Shown here piece by piece: positions 48,038 through 57,107 of a DNA stretch of 64,000 nucleotides; the first letter of the stretch is position 1; every line of letters begins with the position of its first letter. Location: the NCBI GenBank assembly GCA_964505185.1, contig CAZDGM010000002.1, forward strand, positions 72,597 to 136,596, read 5' to 3'. The position numbers and the translations under genes were made by a program. Source of the stretch: an uncultured Thermodesulfobacteriota bacterium (GTDB taxonomy: Bacteria > Desulfobacterota > JBBIRW01). Under the pieces are notes generated by a model that was not told the origin of the DNA, made no database searches, and saw nothing but the letters and a program-made list of their open reading frames with translations.

Positions 48038-50236
48038 ATGGCTGATATTACTCGAAGGGATTTCATCAAAGCTGGTTTGATATTCCTCTCCACATCAGCC
48101 CTAATTCCTCCCGTCTTTGCTCGTGCAACTGATAGTAAAAATTTAGACACTAACAAAGACAGTGGGACCTTGTTTGACACAGCAATACCGACAACCTGCC
48201 TTATTTGCGGAGCAGGCTGCGGAATCATAGCATATAAAAGGCATGGGAGGGTGGTAAAAATAGATGGAAACCCCTTGCACCCCACGAATAGAGGAAAGAT
48301 ATGTGGTAAGGGACATGCGGGGCTTAATATACTTTATGATCCTGAAAGGGTTCTTTCCCCGCTCATGAGAAAGGGACCAAGGGGATCTGGTAACTGGAGG
48401 GTCTGTACATGGAGCGAAATAATGGATGGGATATGTGAAAGGATTCAATCAGCGCTCAAAAATGGTGATGAGATTCTCTTTCTTCAAGGATCTGACAGAA
48501 TGGGAAACCTTGTGGAAGATATATCCAGGAAGCTCGGTAGAATTAAATTCCTCGCATCGAAAGAACAAAGGGGTATTAACAAAAGGATGGCATATCTGAC
48601 GACTTTTGATACAGATATTGTTATACCTGATATTGAGCAGAGTACCTTTATCTTAAACTTTGGCGCAAATCCATTTGAGGCAAATTATATGACTCCTCTG
48701 GCACAAAGAATTATCAATGCAAAAATAGAAAGAGGTGCAAGATTAATAACAATTGATCCGAGACTCTCAAACACAGCGGCGAAAAGTGATCTCTGGATTC
48801 CCATAAAACCCGGCACTGATGGAATTGTTTCTCTCTCAATGTCATTTATGATCATGAATAATGATCTTCATGACCGTGAATTTATAAGGAATTGCACTAA
48901 TTGCGATGAAAAGCATTTGCTGGCACATCTTTCCAAATACACACCAGAATTAGCTGAAAGGGTTTCCGGTGTTGATAGAAATCTAATCAGAAAAATTGCA
49001 TTTCAATTTGCAACTTCTGAATCACCAATTGCTATTTCAGGAAGGGGAGTTTATCAGCATCTAAATGGTATCGAAGCGGAGAGATCAGTCCTTCTTCTCA
49101 ACATAATCTGTGGAAGAATAAATAAAAAAGGAGGATTGTTTATTTTTGAAAGGAGCAGGAATAATAGAGAAACGATTTTTAGTAAAAAAGGTTCTTCCGG
49201 AAATGAATCATTTCTCGATATTATAGAGGATGCCAGAAGAAAAGGAAAAAAATATCCTGTTATTATAATCCATCACTCAAATCCAGTTTATTCCCAAAAT
49301 GAAATAAATTTAATTTCGGAAACACTCAGGGATGAGAAACTCTTCCCTTTCATCATTGTATCCGACACCCATATAACGGAAACAGCCATGTTTGCCGATG
49401 TAGTATTGCCCGATACATCATATCTTGAATGCTGGGGCATAACGGAGCGTCCGGTATTTGGTAAAGATCCATATATCTCATTATCACAGCCAGTTTCTGA
49501 TCCTCCTGGAGAGGCTATTCCATTTGAGGATGTTTTCATTCAGATTGCAAACAGGGTTGGTATCAGCACAGATTTTAAAGACTCAAGGGAATTTATCAAT
49601 AGAAAAATAGGGATGCTACTTAGAAATGAAAAGGCAAAGTCTGAATTGTATGAAAATGGATTTCTTTACTTAGCGAATAGGGAAAACCTGCTGAGAGTTT
49701 CAACTGTTTCGAAAAAAATAGAGATCCATTCAGAGAAAATGAAGGAGTTTGGTCTTGAACCATTTCCTTCATTTAAGTCACCTTCTGAAAAAAAACCGGG
49801 ATGGTTTTATCTTATTACATATAAGATAAACACACATTCACACTCAAGAACACAAAACTGTAAATGGCTATCTGAGATATTTCATACAAATCCGCTGCTT
49901 ATTAATCCATTGACCGCTGAAAAACTCGGAATAAAAGAGGGAGATACGGTTAAATTGAAAACAGAATTGGGCTCTGTATCGGTAAAAGTACAGTTTACAG
50001 AGGGCATCCATCCTGATGCCCTTGCTATTGCAATGCATGCAGGTCATTGGGCTTATGGAAGGGTCGCAAGGGCAATACCCTTCAAAAGCAACGACCCGGA
50101 TACCATGTTGATTTGGTGGACAGCAAAAGGAAATGGGATAAATCCCAATAGAATACTGCATTCAACGCATCCCTCAGGTGGTGAACATCCTTTCCTCGAT
50201 GCGCTTGTTTACCTGGATGTATCCAGCGGAGGATAA
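48038..50236 (+). CDS. Tat-exported molybdopterin (Mo/W-bisPGD) oxidoreductase catalytic subunit, Psr/Phs-size class
   Basis: 732 aa with twin-arginine signal MADITRRDFIKAG...VFA, the FS0 cluster motif CLICGAGCG...C(x27) and molybdopterin oxidoreductase and molydop_binding regions. Confidence 0.85.
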   Translation: MADITRRDFIKAGLIFLSTSALIPPVFARATDSKNLDTNKDSGTLFDTAIPTTCLICGAGCGIIAYKRHGRVVKIDGNPLHPTNRGKICGKGHAGLNILYDPERVLSPLMRKGPRGSGNWRVCTWSEIMDGICERIQSALKNGDEILFLQGSDRMGNLVEDISRKLGRIKFLASKEQRGINKRMAYLTTFDTDIVIPDIEQSTFILNFGANPFEANYMTPLAQRIINAKIERGARLITIDPRLSNTAAKSDLWIPIKPGTDGIVSLSMSFMIMNNDLHDREFIRNCTNCDEKHLLAHLSKYTPELAERVSGVDRNLIRKIAFQFATSESPIAISGRGVYQHLNGIEAERSVLLLNIICGRINKKGGLFIFERSRNNRETIFSKKGSSGNESFLDIIEDARRKGKKYPVIIIHHSNPVYSQNEINLISETLRDEKLFPFIIVSDTHITETAMFADVVLPDTSYLECWGITERPVFGKDPYISLSQPVSDPPGEAIPFEDVFIQIANRVGISTDFKDSREFINRKIGMLLRNEKAKSELYENGFLYLANRENLLRVSTVSKKIEIHSEKMKEFGLEPFPSFKSPSEKKPGWFYLITYKINTHSHSRTQNCKWLSEIFHTNPLLINPLTAEKLGIKEGDTVKLKTELGSVSVKVQFTEGIHPDALAIAMHAGHWAYGRVARAIPFKSNDPDTMLIWWTAKGNGINPNRILHSTHPSGGEHPFLDALVYLDVSSGG

Positions 50237-50237
50237 A

Positions 50238-50753
50238 ATGAGAAGGATCTTAGCCATACCCATCGAGATACTCCTTATGATATTTGTAGCCGGAATAGTA
50301 GTAGGATTTTACCCTTTTCTTGGGTTGATAAAATATTCAACATCCTCTTCCTCACAGTGTATGAAATGCCACAAAAGCGGATACCTCAGCATCCCCTCTC
50401 AATCAAATGCCCATTCTAATTCGGCAGATTGCATTTCATGTCATGCAACGAAAAATTCCATTATACCACTTGATTTTCCGAAGGCCTTTTCCGCTGACAA
50501 AAATATTGTTAGCAAAAATTGCACGAAATGCCACAGAAATTCTCCAGCTCTTATTGAGAAAAAAGAGAATGGAATACTTCTGAAAATACCTCATAAAAAA
50601 CATATCGAGTTCAGTGATGGACAATGCACACTTTGCCACCGCAGGATTGCACATAAATGGTCAGAAAAGCAAACCCATCGTCCAGATATGGGAGACTGTT
50701 TTTCCTGTCATTCGCGAAATGAAGACTGCACAACCTGCCATCCCAATGGATAA
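50238..50753 (+). CDS. Membrane-anchored hexaheme c-type cytochrome
   Basis: GGAGG lies 7 nt upstream of the ATG at 50238 (1 nt after the upstream stop). N-terminal TM helix and six CxxCH motifs in about 171 aa (CMKCH, CISCH, CTKCH, CTLCH, CFSCH, CTTCH). Confidence 0.75.
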   Translation: MRRILAIPIEILLMIFVAGIVVGFYPFLGLIKYSTSSSSQCMKCHKSGYLSIPSQSNAHSNSADCISCHATKNSIIPLDFPKAFSADKNIVSKNCTKCHRNSPALIEKKENGILLKIPHKKHIEFSDGQCTLCHRRIAHKWSEKQTHRPDMGDCFSCHSRNEDCTTCHPNG

Positions 50754-50757
50754 TAGA

Positions 50758-51861
50758 TTAAGCTCCTCTTATCTTAAATCGCTGATCAAGCTTTTTTAAC
50801 TTCTCCACTATACCTCCATATTCCAGCTCGCTGAATGGAAGCATTGATGGTCCTGAAAAGCCCTGTCTTCTCATCTCGATCGCTTTTTCAGCAACCTTTA
50901 TTCTTATATAATCCCAGAAAGGCTGATCGAAACAATCAGCAGGCTCGGAGAGCTTACCATTATGAACACAGAATGCAAGACAACTTACCACAGGCGGACC
51001 ATCAAAATATGAAACAGAGCTTTCTATTTTAACAGGCATAAGAGGTCCTGTATGACTCCCCCTCATAAATCCCGCAACATAATGACCTATTGCAAAGGGT
51101 GAAAGGACTTCACCTGTTGCTGGAAAAATACCTTGTGTCCTTACAATCATAACAGGGTCATCCTTGCCAACATATTTACCAGCAATGTTCCTCAGCCTCG
51201 TTGTGCTGACTGCAACAGCTGGCTCCTTTCCATCTTTTGTATATATCGCTTCAATAACATATCTCTCATTATCCCTTATAAGGGCAGCAATATCATAGAG
51301 CTCTTCAGGTGCATAGAGTTCTATTATTCTATCACCTTCCGTATGTTCAACATCCATTATTACGAATTTATAGCCATCTGTTTTCGGATTTAGAATCAAT
51401 CCAGAGCTAAACATGGGATCTGCAAATCCAAGATACAGTGGAAGATTGTATGCGCCCGGATCAGTTTTGTCCGCAGCAAACAATAGAAAAGGCTCGCTCG
51501 GTCTTTCCACAAATTCCATTTCGGCAACTGCCGGCCCCATCCCTTTTATATTCCCTGAAAAGGCATCCTTCAGTAAATCCTGACCCGCACCATAAAGTCC
51601 TTCCTCTTTCGCAGTCTCTGTTGCCTCACGAAATGCAAACCATGCGAGTTCATGAACTCTTTCACTACCTGTGCCATTGGTATGGGAAAAAAGGATGCAG
51701 ATATCATCACCTGTAAAGGTAACAAAATAGTCTATGATTATCCCGCGCGATGCTGATTGTATGTAATTTTCCACCCTCTTTAAAACCTTCTTGCTCGGTT
51801 TTATATGACCTCCTATACTTCCTATATCAGCCTTGATAACACTTAATGTTGTCTTCATATG
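50758..51861 (-). CDS. Bifunctional fructose-1,6-bisphosphate aldolase/phosphatase (archaeal-type class V FBPase)
   Basis: MKTTLSVIKADIGSIGGH..., the conserved N-terminus of FBP aldolase/phosphatase, about 367 aa. Start taken at an internal Met of the tracked ORF. Confidence 0.8.
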   Translation of the reverse strand, partial: HMKTTLSVIKADIGSIGGHIKPSKKVLKRVENYIQSASRGIIIDYFVTFTGDDICILFSHTNGTGSERVHELAWFAFREATETAKEEGLYGAGQDLLKDAFSGNIKGMGPAVAEMEFVERPSEPFLLFAADKTDPGAYNLPLYLGFADPMFSSGLILNPKTDGYKFVIMDVEHTEGDRIIELYAPEELYDIAALIRDNERYVIEAIYTKDGKEPAVAVSTTRLRNIAGKYVGKDDPVMIVRTQGIFPATGEVLSPFAIGHYVAGFMRGSHTGPLMPVKIESSVSYFDGPPVVSCLAFCVHNGKLSEPADCFDQPFWDYIRIKVAEKAIEMRRQGFSGPSMLPFSELEYGGIVEKLKKLDQRFKIRGA

Positions 51862-51874
51862 CACCTCCTCTTCC

Positions 51875-52828
51875 TTAAGAATGATATATTTCATTATACC
51901 ACTTAATGAACCTCTTTAAACCTTCTTCAATTGAAACTCTGGGTTTAAAGCCTATAAGTCTTTCGGCCTTCCTTATATCTGCATAGGTTATCTTCACATC
52001 CCCTCTCTGTTCAGGGTAATTAATTACCTTTGCCTTTTTTCCCAGTGCCTTCTCTATATATTTTATAAGATCAATTAATTTAACAGGATGTGAATTCCCG
52101 ATATTTAATATATTAACACCACCCCCTATCTTATCAATACATGATAGAACTCCTTCAACAACATCATCAATGTATGTATAGTCTCTCATGCTATTACCAT
52201 CACCATATACAGGAACATCCTCCCCTTCATCTATGAGACGGGTAAATTTATGAATGGCCATTTCCGGTCTCTGCCTTGGTCCATAAACAGTGAAGAACCT
52301 CAGGATGATAATGTCAAGTCCATATAATTTATTATAAAGTGAGCATATTATCTCTCCCGATAGTTTTGTACATCCATATGGAGATACAGGAAGAAGATTT
52401 TTTTCTTCCTCAGAAAATGGAAGCGCCGCATTCTCACCGTATACGGAGGATGAGGATGCAAATATGAATTTCTCAATGTTACTTTTTCTCGCAATCTCAA
52501 GTAAGTTTATCGTTCCTCCTATATTTACATCAGCATAAAGTGATGGGTTTTCAATAGAGGGTCTAACACCAGCCTTTGCTGCCATATGTATGACGTGCCT
52601 TATAGGGTATGTTTTAAATACCTCCTGAAGTATCTTTTGATCCCTTATATCTGCCTCTATAAAAAGGAAGTTTCTATTTGAAATTGCGCCCCGAATATTT
52701 TCAAGTTTCATATGCTTTGGGTAATAGGGATCGAGGTTATCAATACATATAACCTTTTCCCCTCTGTCCAGCAGTGCATCCACTATCTTTGATCCAATGA
52801 ATCCGGCACCACCTGTAACTAAAAACAT
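51875..52828 (-). CDS. NAD-dependent nucleotide-sugar epimerase/dehydratase (SDR, extended)
   Basis: 317 aa with TGGAGFIGS and YxxxK (YGCTK). Confidence 0.8.
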   Translation of the reverse strand: MFLVTGGAGFIGSKIVDALLDRGEKVICIDNLDPYYPKHMKLENIRGAISNRNFLFIEADIRDQKILQEVFKTYPIRHVIHMAAKAGVRPSIENPSLYADVNIGGTINLLEIARKSNIEKFIFASSSSVYGENAALPFSEEEKNLLPVSPYGCTKLSGEIICSLYNKLYGLDIIILRFFTVYGPRQRPEMAIHKFTRLIDEGEDVPVYGDGNSMRDYTYIDDVVEGVLSCIDKIGGGVNILNIGNSHPVKLIDLIKYIEKALGKKAKVINYPEQRGDVKITYADIRKAERLIGFKPRVSIEEGLKRFIKWYNEIYHS

Positions 52829-52966
52829 CCCGTACCCCCTGGAGTTATAATTCCTGGCTATTATATAAAATTCGTTATCCGATGAAAAGGAAATAGAAGA
52901 TATAAGGGACTGGAATAATATTTATCTTTGACAAAATCTTTTAAATTTTTTAATATTAAAAATCAG

Positions 52967-53038
52967 GCGGGAGTAGTTCAGGGGTAGAACACCACCTTGC
53001 CAAGGTGGGAGTCGCGGGTTCAAATCCCGTCTCCCGCT
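52967..53038 (+). tRNA. tRNA-Gly (anticodon GCC)
   Basis: Manual cloverleaf: acceptor GCGGGAG/CTCCCGC, D-arm GTTC-AGGGGTA-GAAC, anticodon arm CCACC-TTGCCAA-GGTGG, T-arm GCGGG-TTCAAAT-CCCGT, discriminator T. CCA is not encoded. Confidence 0.85.
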
Positions 53039-53063
53039 CTATTTTTTTACCCCTCCAGATCAT

Positions 53064-53135
53064 GGCGGCATAGCCAAGCGGAAAGGCAGAGGTCTGCAAA
53101 ACCTCCATTCCCCGGTTCGAATCCGGGTGCCGCCT
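53064..53135 (+). tRNA. tRNA-Cys (anticodon GCA)
   Basis: Acceptor GGCGGCA/TGCCGCC, anticodon loop CTGCAAA, T-loop TTCGAAT, discriminator T. It lies 25 nt after tRNA-Gly. Confidence 0.85.
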
Positions 53136-53267
53136 TTTCCACTAAAAATTTACTTAATGCTTGTGAATCTGGATCAGGCTTTCTCATTGACGCACAATCC
53201 AGAGACCCTCTATCATATACTATGCTTCAAAAGAAATTTCCAGCTCCGATTAATAACCGTTTGTTGA

Positions 53268-54884
53268 ATGGAGGGGTATATGGCAAAACTGCAATTTCGC
53301 ATAAAGCATACAAAGGATAGCAGGAAATCATCAATAGCATTCATAGGAACACTGATATTAATCATCATAATTTTATTTAACAAGGGTAGCCTTGCTGAAG
53401 AAAGCCTCCTTTTCCCTCCGCTCTCCATCTCTCTCAAGGAATGCATCATATATGCGATGGAAAACAATTTTGATCTCAAAGCCTTCTCACTTGACCCTAA
53501 AATTGCAAGGCATGAGATAAGAAAATCCCTGGGTATCTTCGATCCCCTATTTTTTTCAGATTTATCAACAAATAGGTCGGTGCTTCCCAATGCATTTTCA
53601 CTTTCCGGTGTTATGGAGACAATTGATGAGTCAAGAAAACTTAATTCAGGATTTAGAAAAAGATTTATAACGGGAACAGATGCAGAGCTCAGTATTTCAA
53701 TTAACAGACTTGAAACGAATTCACGTATTCAAATTTTCTCAAGCCAATATACTGATAACATCAGTTTTATCTTAAAACAGAACCTTCTTCGTAATGCAGG
53801 CCTCGAAATAAATAAGATTCCGGAGCTTCTTGCACGAAATAACTACCAGATTTCAAAATTCGAATTTGAAAGAAAGCTCATGGATCTGATGATCGAGATT
53901 CAGAAAACATACTGGGAGCTTGTAAAAAGTATAAAATCACTGCAGGTTAATAAGGAATCACTTAAACTTGCTGAGGATCTTCTACATCAAATTGAAATCC
54001 AGGTGAGGGTTGGAACACTACCTCCTATTGAGCTTATTCAGGCGGAAGCAGAAGTAGCATCAAGAAAGGAGGCTATTATTTCAGCAGAAGCACAGGTTAA
54101 AAATCTTGAAGACCAATTAAAAAGACTGATAAATATTGATGATCCCATATTCTGGGAGAGGACGATAATTCCCTCTGATGAACCATCTATTACGGAATTC
54201 AGGGTAGCTGAAGATGAAAGCATAGCTATCGCATTACAGAGGAGACCTGAGTATTTAACTGCAAAGATGGATGCGGAATCGAAGGGACTTATTCTCAAGC
54301 TATCAAAAAACAGTAGATATCCCCTTGTTGATCTCAAAGGCACATTCTCCCTTAATGGTCTTTCTGGAAAGATAAACCCGGGTCTTGTTACAATATCCGG
54401 GCCCTTTACATCCCCATTTGAAGGGGATCTTTATGACTCCATCGATACCCTCTCTTCAGGAAATTACTATAGCTGGCAGATTGGGATCTACTTTGAATAT
54501 CCCATTGGAAATAGACAGGCAGATGCAGCATACAGGCAAAGTATCCTTGAAAGGGAAAAAGCGCTCATAAATATAAAAAATTCAGAACAGAAAATATTTG
54601 TTGAGGTCAGGCAGACCATAAGGGATATAAATACAAATATGGAAAGGATCGAGGCTGCAAGAAAATCAAGGATACTTGCTGAGGAGAGATTAAGGGCTGA
54701 AGAGAAGAAATTTGCCGTTGGTCTTTCAACATCATACAATATTTTTCAGATGCAGAGGGATCTTATAGCGGCCAAGACTGAGGAAATAAAAGCAATAATT
54801 GATTATAATCTTTCTATATCAAGATGGAAGAGGGCAACAGGGTTAATCATTGACGAATTAAATTCCTTAAATTTTCTCAATTAA
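53268..54884 (+). CDS. TolC-family outer-membrane efflux protein
   Basis: 538 aa with a signal peptide and two OEP repeats with coiled-coil heptads. Confidence 0.8.
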   Translation: MEGYMAKLQFRIKHTKDSRKSSIAFIGTLILIIIILFNKGSLAEESLLFPPLSISLKECIIYAMENNFDLKAFSLDPKIARHEIRKSLGIFDPLFFSDLSTNRSVLPNAFSLSGVMETIDESRKLNSGFRKRFITGTDAELSISINRLETNSRIQIFSSQYTDNISFILKQNLLRNAGLEINKIPELLARNNYQISKFEFERKLMDLMIEIQKTYWELVKSIKSLQVNKESLKLAEDLLHQIEIQVRVGTLPPIELIQAEAEVASRKEAIISAEAQVKNLEDQLKRLINIDDPIFWERTIIPSDEPSITEFRVAEDESIAIALQRRPEYLTAKMDAESKGLILKLSKNSRYPLVDLKGTFSLNGLSGKINPGLVTISGPFTSPFEGDLYDSIDTLSSGNYYSWQIGIYFEYPIGNRQADAAYRQSILEREKALINIKNSEQKIFVEVRQTIRDINTNMERIEAARKSRILAEERLRAEEKKFAVGLSTSYNIFQMQRDLIAAKTEEIKAIIDYNLSISRWKRATGLIIDELNSLNFLN

Positions 54885-55340
54885 AAACTTCCAGTAATCA
54901 TTCAGACGAAAGCATCTCCAGCGGCCATTCATTCTTTTACATAATTGGGGGAGTGTATGCTTTGCGGAAACCTCATCATCTGTAATTACTGCAAGTATCA
55001 TTCTACTCTCCAACCCCTTAATCTCATCTATAACTTTCTTTTCAAGAAGTGGGCTAAAACTCCCCCTGAGATCCAGCGTTTTGTCCCCTCCCCTGAGTGC
55101 TGTTTTCTCTATCATTATCCTCCATAATCCCCATCCTTCATTTATTACCTCATATTTTAGACCCCTTCCTTCGCACAGACGGGGGAGGGTTTTATTTACG
55201 GATACCTGGTCATCAGTGAGAATCTCGAGAATCTCCCAATCCTTCATTATTTTAAGATATCTCTTCACTTCCAGTTCCACTTCAGGGCTATATTTTCCCA
55301 TCATATTCAGGAACTTATCGGATTTTTCAAAATCATCCAT
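54867..55340 (-). CDS. Hypothetical protein with internal tandem repeat
   Basis: 157 aa with two copies of a ~45-aa unit (ILTDDQVSVNKTLPRLC...WGLWRIMIEK and VITDDEVSAKHTLPQLC...YWKFLIEKI). No family recognised. Confidence 0.4.
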   Translation of the reverse strand: MDDFEKSDKFLNMMGKYSPEVELEVKRYLKIMKDWEILEILTDDQVSVNKTLPRLCEGRGLKYEVINEGWGLWRIMIEKTALRGGDKTLDLRGSFSPLLEKKVIDEIKGLESRMILAVITDDEVSAKHTLPQLCKRMNGRWRCFRLNDYWKFLIEKI

Positions 55341-55427
55341 CTTTATGGAACCGCCCTCTCCAAAATTGTGGAAATGTTTATCAAAAAAAATTATAATAAA
55401 AAATAACTAACTTGTCATTATATTTCT

Positions 55428-55512
55428 GCCTGGGTGGCGGAATAGGCAGACGCAAGGGACTTAAAATCCCTTGGAGGTTCCCTCCGTGCGGGTTCGATTC
55501 CCGCCCCAGGCA
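55428..55512 (+). tRNA. tRNA-Leu (anticodon TAA)
   Basis: 85 nt. Acceptor GCCTGGG/CCCAGGC, anticodon loop CTTAAAA, long variable arm GGAGG-TTC-CCTCC, T-loop TTCGATT, discriminator A. Confidence 0.85.
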
Positions 55513-55541
55513 TTAAAAATATTAAAACTGTTTACATTTAA

Positions 55542-57107
55542 TTACCCCTCCGGGGTTACTGGATGTTCATCTTCCGCTTTCGCCCTCCTGATGAATACCA
55601 AAAGGGGAAGAGTAAGAATCATAAATACACTTAACATATAAAAGGCATCATTGAATGCCAGCATAGATCCCTGCCTCAATAATTCCCTATAAATAGCACT
55701 GAGACCCGCATAACCTGAACTGAAATTATCCCACCCTCTAAGAAATAGATACTGTGCAGCCTGTGATGCCGCTTGCTGGTACTCATGATCAAATGGAGAC
55801 ATATGTTCAACCAGGTGAAGATGGTGCATCTGTGCACGCCTTGAGATCATTGTTGTAGCGATTGCTACTCCGAAACTACCTCCAAGATTCCTTAATGTAT
55901 TAAATATGGCTGTTGCATTACCCATCTCTTCCTTTCTTATGTTTGAAAGGGTTAATGTCATCAATGGAATAACAGTGAAACCCATACCGAATCCAAGAAC
56001 TATTCTTGGCCATGCAATAGAAACAAAATCTGCCTGAAGATTGAAACCCGACATAAGATATGTTGAATAGGAACATATCAATATCCCGATGGCGAGGATC
56101 AATTTTGGATTAACAATGTTAATAAATCTTCCAACCGCAGGCATTGTAATCATTGTTGCTATACCGCCCGGTGCAAGAACAAGTCCTGCAAGGGTTGCAG
56201 TATACCCCATCAGTGTTTGCACATAAATCGGAAGAAGGGTAATGCTTCCAAAGAGATTAAAAAAAGTAAAGAACATTACAATATTTCCCATTGTGAATGA
56301 GATTTTCTTAAAAAGTGTCAGATTAACAACAGGATGTTCCGCAAAAAGCAATTCAACAACAACAAAAAATGTTAGAGCTGTTAAGCTAACAATTGCGAGC
56401 CAGAAAATCAGATCAGATGCAAACCAGTCATGCCTTTCTCCCCTATCGAGAATAAACTGAAGACAACCGATACCCACAGCAAGCAGAAGAATCCCCATAA
56501 AATCTATCTTCATCCTCACGGCCCTCATATAGCCGGGATCAACAATGAAAAATATTGCCATAATTATTGATACTATCCCGATCGGTATATTTATATAAAA
56601 GATCCATGGCCATGACCAGTTATCCGTGATCCAGCCTCCAAGAAGTGGTCCTATTATGGGTCCGAACATTATACCTATCCCGTAGATAGCCATTGCAATC
56701 CCATGCTGTTCAACAGGGAAGGTTTCCAGAAGTATTGCCTGAGCAAGAGGTTGCAGACCTCCTCCTGCGATACCCTGGAGAATTCTAAAAAAGATGAGTA
56801 TATTCAGGGTTCTTGATGAGCCACACATAAAAGAACTTATTGTAAATAGAGCTACCGATGAAATAAGGTATCTTTTTCTTCCTATCAACCTGCTTAACCA
56901 TCCGGACATCGGTATTATTACTGCATTTGACACAAGATATGATGTTATTATCCATGTTGATTCATCAACCCCTGCTGATAGACTCCCTCTTATATGCCCG
57001 AGAGATACAATAACAATGGACATATCAATGATTTCAATAAGTGTCGGTAACATTACAGTAATTGCAACAAGCCATTTATTGACAGGCATTTCGTCAATCC
57101 TCAACAA
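55542..57107 (-). CDS. MFS transporter, DHA2 (EmrB/QacA) 14-TMS drug efflux family
   Basis: 521 aa with about 14 TM helices. It is 3'-adjacent to and overlapping an HlyD-family gene. Confidence 0.85.
   Translation of the reverse strand: MLRIDEMPVNKWLVAITVMLPTLIEIIDMSIVIVSLGHIRGSLSAGVDESTWIITSYLVSNAVIIPMSGWLSRLIGRKRYLISSVALFTISSFMCGSSRTLNILIFFRILQGIAGGGLQPLAQAILLETFPVEQHGIAMAIYGIGIMFGPIIGPLLGGWITDNWSWPWIFYINIPIGIVSIIMAIFFIVDPGYMRAVRMKIDFMGILLLAVGIGCLQFILDRGERHDWFASDLIFWLAIVSLTALTFFVVVELLFAEHPVVNLTLFKKISFTMGNIVMFFTFFNLFGSITLLPIYVQTLMGYTATLAGLVLAPGGIATMITMPAVGRFINIVNPKLILAIGILICSYSTYLMSGFNLQADFVSIAWPRIVLGFGMGFTVIPLMTLTLSNIRKEEMGNATAIFNTLRNLGGSFGVAIATTMISRRAQMHHLHLVEHMSPFDHEYQQAASQAAQYLFLRGWDNFSSGYAGLSAIYRELLRQGSMLAFNDAFYMLSVFMILTLPLLVFIRRAKAEDEHPVTPEG

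Noticed and set aside
52997-53320. 107-aa plus-strand ORF
   Set aside because: It spans tRNA-Gly, tRNA-Cys and the tolC leader. The reading frame runs through structured tRNA sequence, so it is not a protein gene.
55544-55554. Short GC palindrome CCCCTCCGGGG between tRNA-Leu and the emrB stop as a bidirectional terminator
   Set aside because: The stem is only 4 bp with no adjacent U-tract, so it is too weak to call.
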